Positions 41,484 to 50,417 of a stretch of DNA of 64,000 bases are shown here, in pieces; within the stretch, counting starts at the first letter, position 1, and each line of letters opens with the position of its first letter. The position numbers were made by a program, and so were the translations under genes. The notes below the pieces were generated by a model. That model searched no databases. It saw nothing but the letters and a program-made list of their open reading frames with translations, and was not told the DNA's origin. Source of the DNA: an uncultured Porphyromonadaceae bacterium (GTDB lineage: Bacteria; Bacteroidota; Bacteroidia; Bacteroidales; Muribaculaceae); NCBI GenBank assembly GCA_900546365.1, contig URCF01000006.1:18294-82293 (forward strand), written 5' to 3'.

Positions 41484-44009
41484 TCAATTATTTACAACCA
41501 ATGTCATGTTTGACTGCGGGTATCCGTCAACCATCAACGATGCCACGACGATGCCGCCCGGACAGTACATATTGACAGTCTGCTTTTTATCAACAATCGT
41601 CATATCCACTTCCGCCTGCGACAATATCGCGCCCGACCACATATCAACAATCACAAGAGATGTTTTCCTGTTTTTATCTCTTGATGTAATCATGAGGTCA
41701 ATCTCTATGCGCGAACCGCCATGGGGATTACGATATGCTATCAGATGGCTTCCGAACGAGCCGTTCCCCGGGCCGTCATCATGCCGTCCACGATGGATAT
41801 ACGGAATCTTATTGTGGTTATATACTGCAATATCCACATCGTCAGGCCGGTCAGTGTAATAGAATGCTTCTGTGCCATAATAGCGACACTGATAATTGTT
41901 GATTGAATCGTTGAACGCTATATAGGCGGGTTCATCAAGAACAACGCTCAATCCGGTGTTGTCCCGTCCCAAAGTCACACCGGTCATCTGTGTCGGCATT
42001 TCCGTGTTGAACGACAGTCCCGGGTCAGCAAAACAATGCGTTACCCGACGAGTATAAAAATCTGTTGAAAGACTGTCTGCTGCGCCACATACATTATCTA
42101 TTGGCAGACCATTAATGCTGAAATCCAAAATTTCGCCCAATCGATGTAACGGTAATGTTCCGCCGTTTTGAGCGTATTCATCAAGATATGGGTTATTATT
42201 ATATATGTCGAAGTTTAGTCGCGGCTCAGGCCAAAGCGCATTAAAGAACAAAGATGTCAGTTGGTCATTGATACCGCTGAGACCTGTATATGTTTGTGCA
42301 TACACACCAATTGCTCCTCCATTTTGGTGGGTCAGCATATTGCGCGTAAAGCAATCATCATCAGTATGGTTCCCGGTTTGACATGTTATACTGAATATAA
42401 GAGGTAACTTACTCTGATTATTCAGTTGGTTAATCATATCCGACCCAAAATAGCCTTTCCTTTCGTATCCAGTCTCATTGGAGTGACCTACGCACCATCT
42501 GTCAGAAAAACCATGACCACGATACAACGCATATACTCTACCGTTATTTATAGCGTCACGAATATCCGTTGGTCCATGCCACCAAATAGATATGTCCGGC
42601 GCAAAATCAACTGGAATGGAGTCTCCAGAACTATATTTTGTACTCCATCGAGCGGGTAAGCCTACATCATATAGATATGCGGTATATAGTCTATCTATGG
42701 AAATGTCTGTCACGCTTTCGACATGTTCCCGGACATCCTCGCAAGTTTTAACAAAACGACGGTCCTCTTCTCTGTCAGGACCATCAAGTTCTTGTATATA
42801 GGGATAGGGGGGGGCAATTCCTAAATGTTTTTCATCCTGAAAATAGCCGAAATGCATGGCTTTTTTATAGAAGTCTGCATCCAGCACCGGGCTTTTCTCA
42901 TAGTTGATAGTCTTGTCTATCACAGTTTGCAGTTGTTCTACCGTCCTGACCGGCCATCTGCCACGATAGATGTCGGGAATTATATCATCATCCCCATCCA
43001 AACATCCATATTGAAAGTCCGTGATATAATCATAAACTTCATAATCTTTACGGCTTTCAATATATTTTTTATATCGTTTTTCCTCTCCGGGCACCTTGGA
43101 GTGGTCACCCACTATCAGAAGATACATAAATGTATTGTTCATGAGAAACTGGTTGAAAACCGTCTCTTTGATTTTGTCGGGAGTCCAGTCATTGTCATAT
43201 ATAGCTGTCACATTGTACCCCAGCTGCTCCTTCCATTTTATGAAGTCACCGAGCGATTCCTCAAACTCAGGAACTGACAGTATCAGGTAGCCCGCATCAA
43301 CTGCAGTGCATGTGCTGCTGTTGAGGCTATATGTGGCAATACCGTCATCGCTTGCGGCCTCATTATTAGGGTTCAGCAACGATCCCGGTTCGCGATATAC
43401 CGCCTTGGCGCGGTTGCTTCCCCCATAGCTGATTTTATAGACCAGTTCGCTATAAGCTCTGACCGTCTGTTGTGAATAGTTGTATTGCAGAGGCTGCACC
43501 AAAATCCGCGCAACCGGTTGCAATCTGTACATCCCATCGGCCATCTTTTCCACCGGTGACTGGGGCATCATGCCGCTGAATGGATGGACAGCCTCGACAT
43601 TGCCGGGGGTATGAATCGTTGTATCGCTGTCCGCAATTGGGAATCGGGCCGGCCCAATTCTGTACTCGTAATCCCTGTAGGTGGATGACACAATGGCAAC
43701 GGTCGGCTCACTCCCTTTCGGCAGCACGAATGAATCGGAGTGGTAAGGAAGCTCAGGGGAGCCCGGCGTGGTCAGGGACGCAAAACCGGGCAAGTTCCAA
43801 CGCACATATCCGGGGAACAGTTCGTCATCCACCACATCGGCGTGGTGGAACTTGTAAGTGACCAGGATTCCGTCAGAGAGTTTTTCTACTGAGCGTTCAA
43901 CTGCCTCAGGGGTTGGGGCGGCAATCGGGATGCCGGTGCTGAGGTTGATAGTAGTGGCTGATGCACAGCATGTTGCCATCGCAAGAAGAATGGAGGGAAT
44001 GATCTTCAT
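41484..44009 (-). CDS. C25 family (gingipain-like) cysteine peptidase
   Basis: C25 propeptide (PGSPELP), YLLIVGD, PDIYRGRWPV, YRGHG (His), SITCQTG (Cys), GGAIG; start trimmed to 44009. Confidence 0.9.
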   Translation of the reverse strand: MKIIPSILLAMATCCASATTINLSTGIPIAAPTPEAVERSVEKLSDGILVTYKFHHADVVDDELFPGYVRWNLPGFASLTTPGSPELPYHSDSFVLPKGSEPTVAIVSSTYRDYEYRIGPARFPIADSDTTIHTPGNVEAVHPFSGMMPQSPVEKMADGMYRLQPVARILVQPLQYNYSQQTVRAYSELVYKISYGGSNRAKAVYREPGSLLNPNNEAASDDGIATYSLNSSTCTAVDAGYLILSVPEFEESLGDFIKWKEQLGYNVTAIYDNDWTPDKIKETVFNQFLMNNTFMYLLIVGDHSKVPGEEKRYKKYIESRKDYEVYDYITDFQYGCLDGDDDIIPDIYRGRWPVRTVEQLQTVIDKTINYEKSPVLDADFYKKAMHFGYFQDEKHLGIAPPYPYIQELDGPDREEDRRFVKTCEDVREHVESVTDISIDRLYTAYLYDVGLPARWSTKYSSGDSIPVDFAPDISIWWHGPTDIRDAINNGRVYALYRGHGFSDRWCVGHSNETGYERKGYFGSDMINQLNNQSKLPLIFSITCQTGNHTDDDCFTRNMLTHQNGGAIGVYAQTYTGLSGINDQLTSLFFNALWPEPRLNFDIYNNNPYLDEYAQNGGTLPLHRLGEILDFSINGLPIDNVCGAADSLSTDFYTRRVTHCFADPGLSFNTEMPTQMTGVTLGRDNTGLSVVLDEPAYIAFNDSINNYQCRYYGTEAFYYTDRPDDVDIAVYNHNKIPYIHRGRHDDGPGNGSFGSHLIAYRNPHGGSRIEIDLMITSRDKNRKTSLVIVDMWSGAILSQAEVDMTIVDKKQTVNMYCPGGIVVASLMVDGYPQSNMTLVVNN

Positions 44010-44144
44010 GGAGTCGGTAGATTGGTTAGTTGTTGATAATCGGCTGCAAGTTAACAATTAAATGGCGAAAAATCAACCGAATGACTCAAAAAACAACCAA
44101 ATACACAATTTTTTTGTATCTTTGGGGCTGTCAACAATTTTGCT

Positions 44145-45668
44145 ATGAATATTCTTCATTCCACCACATTAGCTCTTGCACTTGTGTGCGGTGCGCAATC
44201 CACTGTGGCACAGTCGGAACAGCCGTCAACGCAGCGCGACAGCGTGTTCAGCTACAGTGCTGAGGCGCAGGCCACGTTCTCGTCGGGCAACCATGCCCCT
44301 CTGTGGCTCGGAGCCAACAAGTATGGCCTGTCATCACAGCGACCCAACTACGGAATCCTCCGCGCCGGAGTGTTCCGCCATATCGACTATAAGCCCCGGT
44401 TTTCGTGGGGCGCGGCAGTGGACCTCGCCACCGGTTACGACCTCACATCACCGTTTGTCATCCAGCAGCTGTATGGCGCAGTGCGCTGGCGATCCCTGCA
44501 GCTCGTTGTGGGTTCGCGGGAACATACCGAAGGGTTTGTTGACGACCGCCTCAGCTCGGGCGACCTTCTGCTGAGCCCCAATGCGAGGCCGATACCGCAG
44601 GGTCGCCTTGAGATGCCGCATTTCGAGCCGGTGCCGTTCACCAAAGGGTGGTTGGCAGTGAAGGGATATGTGTCGTTCGGACTGTTCACCGACAGCCATT
44701 GGCAACACTCATGGGTGGATATGTCGCTTCCGGGCGCCAAGCGTTCCGACCACAGGCTGTACCATTCCAAGGGACTGTTCATCCGGATAGGCCGCGATGA
44801 CAAATTCCCTCTCAGCTTCGAGGGAGGCCTGGAGATGGCGGCTCAGTTTGGCGGCTCGGTCTATAAGCGTTCGCTCACCGCGCCCTACGAGCTTACGCTC
44901 ATCAAGATGCCTAACGGGTGGAAACATTGGGCCAAGGTGGTCATCCCCATGGGTGGCAACCAAGGCGGCGGTAACGGACTGATAGGCGAAGAGACGAACG
45001 TGACCGGCAACCATACCGGACAATGGTCGGCAGCACTCAAATGGGACGACAAGGAACGCGACTGGAGCGCAAGACTCTACTACCAGCATTTCTTCGAGGA
45101 CCACTCGATGATGTTTTTCGACTATATGTGGCGCGACATGCTGCTGGGCCTCGAGGTGAAGCTCCCCTCCAACCCTATAGCCACCAAGGTGGTGTATGAA
45201 TATATCAACACACGCGACCAGAGCGCACCCATCTACTGGGACCACACCGCATACGTGCCCGAGCAGGTGAGCGGCCGCGACAATTACTACAATCATTATC
45301 TCGATGTGGGGTCAAGCCACTGGGGCAACGGCCTCGGCAACCCCCTGCTCGTGTCGCCAATCTACAATTCCAACCACGAGCTCTATTTCTACCACAACCG
45401 CATCAAGGGCCACCATATAGGCGTGGAAGGCAACCCCACCAAGCAGATAGGGTACCGGATGCTGCTGTCGCTGTGGCGCAGCTGGGGCACCTACGATATG
45501 CCCACTTCCGAAATCATGCACAGCTTCAGCGCATTGTGGGAGATAGACTATCACCCCGCCAAGCTCAGCGGATGGAGCGGAAGCCTCGGCCTCGGCCTTG
45601 ATGCCGGAGCACTGCTCAGCCCGAGCTTCGGTGTCCAGTTATCAATCAAAAAAACAGGATGGCTATGA
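44145..45668 (+). CDS. Capsule assembly Wzi family outer membrane protein
   Basis: PLWLGANKYGLSS, LSSGDLLLSPNARPIPQ, SGRDNYYNH, GNPLLVSP. Confidence 0.8.
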   Translation: MNILHSTTLALALVCGAQSTVAQSEQPSTQRDSVFSYSAEAQATFSSGNHAPLWLGANKYGLSSQRPNYGILRAGVFRHIDYKPRFSWGAAVDLATGYDLTSPFVIQQLYGAVRWRSLQLVVGSREHTEGFVDDRLSSGDLLLSPNARPIPQGRLEMPHFEPVPFTKGWLAVKGYVSFGLFTDSHWQHSWVDMSLPGAKRSDHRLYHSKGLFIRIGRDDKFPLSFEGGLEMAAQFGGSVYKRSLTAPYELTLIKMPNGWKHWAKVVIPMGGNQGGGNGLIGEETNVTGNHTGQWSAALKWDDKERDWSARLYYQHFFEDHSMMFFDYMWRDMLLGLEVKLPSNPIATKVVYEYINTRDQSAPIYWDHTAYVPEQVSGRDNYYNHYLDVGSSHWGNGLGNPLLVSPIYNSNHELYFYHNRIKGHHIGVEGNPTKQIGYRMLLSLWRSWGTYDMPTSEIMHSFSALWEIDYHPAKLSGWSGSLGLGLDAGALLSPSFGVQLSIKKTGWL

Positions 45669-46105
45669 AACATAAAACCCTCACCACCATACTCCTCACC
45701 ACCATACTGATACTGCTGGGACAGAGCTGCCGCGTGCGCTCCATCAACGGCGAACTCGACGCTCAATGGCAAATCACCTCCATAGTGTATGCCGACGGCA
45801 CCCAGGCCGAGCTGCTGCCCAACGGCCTGTATGTGTCGTTCTACCGCCACACCATCCAGTTCTACACCCCGCCCGCCGTGTGGGAGAACCGCCCCACCGG
45901 CAATATGGTGTATGACGAAAACACGCAGATGATAGCTGTGGAGATGCCCTACTGGGCACCGGAATTTCACAACTGGGGTCTTGACATCCCCGCCGACGGG
46001 CAAGCCAAACCGTACACCACCACCCTTCAGGTGCTGTCGCTGTCCGACAAATATCTCACCCTGCGCACGCCCGAAGGAACCGTCATATCGCTCCGCAAAT
46101 ATTGA
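45665..46105 (+). CDS. Lipocalin-like lipoprotein
   Basis: Lipobox GQSC, SINGELDAQWQI, C-terminal LTL...LRKY. Confidence 0.8.
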   Translation: MKHKTLTTILLTTILILLGQSCRVRSINGELDAQWQITSIVYADGTQAELLPNGLYVSFYRHTIQFYTPPAVWENRPTGNMVYDENTQMIAVEMPYWAPEFHNWGLDIPADGQAKPYTTTLQVLSLSDKYLTLRTPEGTVISLRKY

Positions 46106-46137
46106 ACGGCACAGAAATTTGTTGTAATTTTGCCGTC

Positions 46138-46665
46138 ATGATTGCCAAAATAGTCCACAACTGCCGTATATGGATGGTGCTCGCGCTGCTGCTCCTGCCG
46201 TTAGGGGCATGCCACATCGAAGTGACTCTCAACGGAGCCGCCATTGACTACAATGTGTATCACACCATCCGTGTGGCCAACTTCCCCATACGCGCAGCGC
46301 TGGTGTATCCACCGCTGCAGCAGATGTTTGAGAACGAATTGCTCAACTACATCACGCGCAACACCCGCCTGCGTACAGTGGACGGCGCCTCCGACCTCCA
46401 GCTCGAGGGTGAAATCATAGGTTACTCCCTGTCGCCGCAGGCTGTGACCGAAAACGCCTACGCCTCCAAAACACGCCTCACCATCCAGGTACGCATCAAA
46501 TATCTTGACAACAAGCAGCAAGGCAAGGATATCGACCAAACCTTCAGCGCCTATCAGGATTTTGACAGCTCACAGATGCTCACAGATGTGCAGGACCAAC
46601 TGTGCCAAACCATCTGCGAGGAGCTTGTGCAACTAATATTCAACGCCACCCTCGGCAACTGGTAG
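46138..46665 (+). CDS. lptE: LPS assembly lipoprotein LptE family
   Basis: Lipobox LGAC, GAAIDY, LQLEGEIIGY, QLIFNATLGNW. Confidence 0.85.
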   Translation: MIAKIVHNCRIWMVLALLLLPLGACHIEVTLNGAAIDYNVYHTIRVANFPIRAALVYPPLQQMFENELLNYITRNTRLRTVDGASDLQLEGEIIGYSLSPQAVTENAYASKTRLTIQVRIKYLDNKQQGKDIDQTFSAYQDFDSSQMLTDVQDQLCQTICEELVQLIFNATLGNW

Positions 46666-46673
46666 TCAGCCTC

Positions 46674-47423
46674 ATGAACAGTCCGCTTGAATCATTTCTC
46701 GACACGCTGAGCCAAAACACCGCTCCCGATCCGGCGCTCACCAACGCGCTCGCAGAGCTGTATCCATACTTCACACTTCCCGCAGCGGTGGAGCTCAGAC
46801 GGTGCCACCCCGAAGGCGAACGCCGTCAGCAGCTGATGGCCCGCGTGGCTCTCAATGCCGCCGACGCGCACACTCTGTTCCGGCTCATCGACCCCGAGGG
46901 AACACGCTTCGCACGGTTCTATCCCGACACATCAGCCACCCAAACCCCATCCACCGAAGACGCACTCGACACATTCATGCAAAACTACGGCAACCCCGAC
47001 CCCAAAGAGCAGGCATTGCTTGAAAAACTGATATTCAACCCTGTGGCCACCGACTACGCCTCAGTGCTCATCAAAGAGCAGCAGGAAGCACCCGAAACAG
47101 AGGCAGCCACCCCGATGTCGGAACAGGACAGCATGCTTGACGCATTTCTCGCATCATATCCCGCCGAAGCACCACACGCTCCCGCCCCGGCACCTAAGCC
47201 GCAGCCGGCAACCAAACCCCACAAGGTGCCGGCTCCCGATCCCGACTCACCATTGAGTGAAAGTCTGGCCAAATTCTACATCAAACGCCACCGTTACGAC
47301 AAGGCTTACGAAATTATAAGTCAATTAAGTTTGAATTTTCCGGAAAAAAGTATTTACTTTGCAGACCAATTACGCTTTCTGCGCAAATTGATTGCCAGCC
47401 AGCGATTGGCCAACAACAAATAA
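46674..47423 (+). CDS. Conserved protein with C-terminal TPR-like motif (between lptE and secG)
   Basis: SESLAKFYIKRHRYDKAYEII..LSLNFPEKSIYFADQLRFL. Confidence 0.8.
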   Translation: MNSPLESFLDTLSQNTAPDPALTNALAELYPYFTLPAAVELRRCHPEGERRQQLMARVALNAADAHTLFRLIDPEGTRFARFYPDTSATQTPSTEDALDTFMQNYGNPDPKEQALLEKLIFNPVATDYASVLIKEQQEAPETEAATPMSEQDSMLDAFLASYPAEAPHAPAPAPKPQPATKPHKVPAPDPDSPLSESLAKFYIKRHRYDKAYEIISQLSLNFPEKSIYFADQLRFLRKLIASQRLANNK

Positions 47424-47461
47424 ACCGTTATTTTTAACACCAATTACATTAACACTACAAT

Positions 47462-47809
47462 ATGTTTGCACTTTTAGTAGTCCTCACCCTCATAGCATCC
47501 GTGCTTCTGATCGGCGTAGTTCTCATGCAGAAATCCAAAGGCGGCGGTTTGTCGTCCACCTTTGCCGGTTCCAACAACATCATGGGCGTTCGCCGTACCA
47601 CCAACTTCATCGAGAAGGCCACCTGGACCCTCGCCGGCGTGATTTGCGTGCTGGCCATCCTCGCCACCTTCTTCATGCCCACCGCCATCACCCCCAACCA
47701 GTCGCGTGTCAACCCCACCGAGCAAGTGGAAGGCGGTGACTACAACACTCCCGCACCCGAGGCTGCCCAGGCTCCCGCCCCCGCTCCTCAGGCTGCTCCC
47801 GCTGAATAA
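47462..47809 (+). CDS. secG: Preprotein translocase subunit SecG
   Basis: VVLMQKSKGGGLSSTFAGSNNIMGVRRTTNFIEKATW. Confidence 0.96.
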   Translation: MFALLVVLTLIASVLLIGVVLMQKSKGGGLSSTFAGSNNIMGVRRTTNFIEKATWTLAGVICVLAILATFFMPTAITPNQSRVNPTEQVEGGDYNTPAPEAAQAPAPAPQAAPAE

Positions 47810-47839
47810 GCACCCGTCATTCCCAAAAATGATATATGC

Positions 47840-47869
47840 AAAAAGGGTGTGCCCGTAAAGGCACACCCT
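47840..47869 (-). terminator. Intrinsic terminator closing the phage-head module (may also serve secG)
   Basis: AGGGTGTGCC-TTTACG-GGCACACCCT then TTTT on minus strand; lies between convergent secG and the 47897 ORF. Confidence 0.85.
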
Positions 47870-47896
47870 ATTGCTGCATCCACCCATGGACAAAAA

Positions 47897-48379
47897 TCAG
47901 TAGCGCGTCACAATCCTCGCTCCCGGCACACCGGATAGCGACACCTCGCGCATTACACCTTCCACCAGCTCACGGCTGCGGCGCAGATACACTTCGCTCG
48001 CCTTGGCATCGATTCCGGCCAACGCCTCGCCCAGCACATCAAGAGCCAGAGCGTGCTGTATGGCGTGGACCCACATCAGGGCGCAGGGAGTGGGCTGGTG
48101 CTCGATGTCCATGGTAAGAAAGTCACCGCTGCCATCCGCACACCCGCAGGAGCAGTCGGTCAAGCACCCCATCATGCGCACGCAGATGCGTCCGAACGAG
48201 GCATGGACCATCAGCTTTACAGCCTCGGCGCGGTCGCGGCTCAACACACGGTCGGTGTCGCGTCCCAGATGGTAGCGCAGTGCTGTTTCGGCCAGCACCT
48301 CGTCCACCACCGCACTCACTTTCACACTCAATCGGGTGACTGTGGCTTCACTCTTATTCACATCATCATTCATAATCAT
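47897..48379 (-). CDS. Hypothetical protein at the end of the phage-head module (possible head-tail connector)
   Basis: Intact helix-rich ORF; start 48379 or 48373 lies downstream of its own TAGTTTTG box; function inferred from context only. Confidence 0.6.
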   Translation of the reverse strand: MIMNDDVNKSEATVTRLSVKVSAVVDEVLAETALRYHLGRDTDRVLSRDRAEAVKLMVHASFGRICVRMMGCLTDCSCGCADGSGDFLTMDIEHQPTPCALMWVHAIQHALALDVLGEALAGIDAKASEVYLRRSRELVEGVMREVSLSGVPGARIVTRY

Positions 48380-48412
48380 AACATCGGATATTATACAGGT
48401 TTTGCTTTTCAT

Positions 48413-48448
48413 TGGCAAAACTACAATGCCACTGTGCAATAATGCCAA
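48413..48448 (-). promoter_or_regulatory. Internal promoter P2 of the phage-head module
   Basis: Minus strand TTGGCATTATTGCACAGTGGCATTGTAGTTTTGCCA; TAnnTTTG at 48416-48423. Confidence 0.65.
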
Positions 48449-48474
48449 CCACAAACCTAAATAAACGTTAAGGG

Positions 48475-49869
48475 CTAAGTCTGGGCTATTTTGATATTGC
48501 GCTGCTGCAGAAAGCTATGGAAAGTGTCAAGGAGATCGCGGAGAGCCACACTTGCGTTGCGTGTCTGCGCCTCGAAGAGAGCCGCGGAACTGTCGGACCG
48601 TGCGAGCTGTCCCTGCAAAGCGCCGCTGACACCTGATATCTGCTGGAGCAACTTCAACTCAATGTCAAGCAGCTGTCCGGCACCGGAATGTTCGCCGCTC
48701 CCCACCACCTGACGCGGCTCCACCCCTGCCGCGGTGCGCTGATACGGGATTACCGAGTTGGTGTCGGCCCACATCCGTCCAATGTCGCGCCAAGTGATGC
48801 CGTCGGGCTTCTGGTCCACCGGGAAGAGGAGCACACCTTTGGCCGAGGAGCCGAGCACATGATCCATCAGCGTGATGAGCCTGTTGACATAGCGCTGTTG
48901 GTCCACCACATCCTCCACAAACGAATGTACCTCGCCATCGATCAGCGGATACATCTTGACCATGAACGGGTGTGACCCGTGGCCGTATGGCGAATCAAAC
49001 TCGTCGAGCAGCTCACCGCCCGGAGCGAAAAAGCGACAATGCCAGCGCATGGTGGTGCGTGGGCGGAGCTCAATCTCCGGTTCATTGGCCCTGCGCCGCT
49101 CGCTGTTGATGCGTCTCACCGTCTGCGCCTGTGCCGGAAGGATGGAAAAGAGTGAGGCCGACTTGCGGTCGTGACATTTGACAATGTTGCGGCTCTCGAG
49201 CGTCCACACCTCTATCACCCGGCACCGCCCCGAGGCCGCGGAATAGAAGTCGGCGGAAATCTCCGAGCCGAGGCCGGGATGGGAAGCTCCCTCCAGGCGG
49301 TCGTAAATGCCGTTGAGCCACTTCGCCTTTGCCGGAGATGAGGAGCCAAACCGCATCAGCACCTCGCGGCGGCTCATATCGTGGAGCATCCCCACAAGCT
49401 CAATGTCGAGAGCGCGGGCATCGCGGAACGGATTGACGAAAAACATCTCCGGACTCACATTGTCCACCCACACTCCGCAGCCACCGAGCCGGTGCTCCGT
49501 GACCACACGCTGGATGGCGCACCCCGAAATCAGGAACTCCTCAAGCATGCGGCTGTCGAGCTCGTCAAGCGAATTGCGCATGGCCACTTCCGGCTCCACC
49601 GCCACCGCATTGTTTCCTGCCTGCGGAAGTGAATTGCGGAAATTTCCCACCACGCATTTCACCATCTGCCTTATCATATTGTTGGTGAGCGGCCGGTTGC
49701 CGTTAGCCGAGGCAAGCTCACCCTCGGTGATCATCTCCCCCGAAGGACCGGCCACAGGGTCATCCCACTGCTGTCCGTAGGTGAAATGCTTGTAGCGAGT
49801 CCGCCTTTTGCGGAGGTCGGCACCAGCCATATACGCCTCGGCGGCAAGTTGCAAATAATCATTGTTCAT
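48475..49869 (-). CDS. Phage portal protein (P22-like lineage), possibly C-terminally shortened
   Basis: YGQQWDD, PLTNNMIRQMV, LEEFLISG, GEVHSFVEDVVDQQRYVNRLI, SAKGVLL, QQISGVSGALQG...SAAL; recalled pattern of Bacteroidales prophage portals; near a capsid gene. Confidence 0.8.
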   Translation of the reverse strand: MNNDYLQLAAEAYMAGADLRKRRTRYKHFTYGQQWDDPVAGPSGEMITEGELASANGNRPLTNNMIRQMVKCVVGNFRNSLPQAGNNAVAVEPEVAMRNSLDELDSRMLEEFLISGCAIQRVVTEHRLGGCGVWVDNVSPEMFFVNPFRDARALDIELVGMLHDMSRREVLMRFGSSSPAKAKWLNGIYDRLEGASHPGLGSEISADFYSAASGRCRVIEVWTLESRNIVKCHDRKSASLFSILPAQAQTVRRINSERRRANEPEIELRPRTTMRWHCRFFAPGGELLDEFDSPYGHGSHPFMVKMYPLIDGEVHSFVEDVVDQQRYVNRLITLMDHVLGSSAKGVLLFPVDQKPDGITWRDIGRMWADTNSVIPYQRTAAGVEPRQVVGSGEHSGAGQLLDIELKLLQQISGVSGALQGQLARSDSSAALFEAQTRNASVALRDLLDTFHSFLQQRNIKIAQT

Positions 49870-50417
49870 AAGCTAACATTTTTTATAATCCACTCAATCA
49901 TAGGATCAGTGAGCGCAAACAGCTCGTTGCCAACCGGCATAGTCACCACCTCCAGCCGCTCGATGGCATCGCCCTGGGGATGCGGCGAATAGAGATAGAG
50001 AGTGGAGCCATGAGCCACCGCCACAGGGTTGCAGGCACCGCCGCGACTCCATTGATTGCCTTGCGCCACCACCGAAGGGTGGTCGGCTGCAACAGGCATC
50101 ACGCTGCGCATCCAGCTGCTCAGCTTCACCCACCCCAATCTTACAGTGGCGTCAGGGAGCAGCACTGAGCCACATCCATCGGGAAGCACCACGAGCGAGC
50201 ATTTGCTGGCTACATCCGTCAGCGGCAACTCCTCGGGCAACATTTCGGCGAGTGCCCTCGCGTAGCAGTTTTTCACCTCGGTGGCAAAAATCCCGGCGAG
50301 ATCCACTCCATCGGTGCGCGTCACCGAGCAGTCGGCACGCAGGGGGACGAACCCCCTGCGCATAGCCACACGCTCAGCCAATTGGTCAAGTGGAAGTTTG
50401 ACAACAGGCCACATCAC
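49866..50417 (-). CDS. Phage-derived protein following the capsid gene (adaptor/neck-like)
   Basis: LPD..RL..VKLSSW.R.V...Q.N.WSRGG..NPVAV pattern; ATGA overlaps with both neighbours. Confidence 0.6.
   Translation of the reverse strand: MMWPVVKLPLDQLAERVAMRRGFVPLRADCSVTRTDGVDLAGIFATEVKNCYARALAEMLPEELPLTDVASKCSLVVLPDGCGSVLLPDATVRLGWVKLSSWMRSVMPVAADHPSVVAQGNQWSRGGACNPVAVAHGSTLYLYSPHPQGDAIERLEVVTMPVGNELFALTDPMIEWIIKNVSL

Noticed and set aside
41484..44009. C25 protein as the missing PorU
   Set aside because: It is shorter than PorU as I recall it, has a gingipain-like propeptide layout and lies in a lower-GC islet far from porV; needs an HMM search to settle.
47882..47893. ACCCATGGACAA shared with 38141-38152 as possible att repeats
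   Set aside because: The 12-bp match would bracket core genes (rex, birA, lptE, secG) rather than the capsid module; likely chance.
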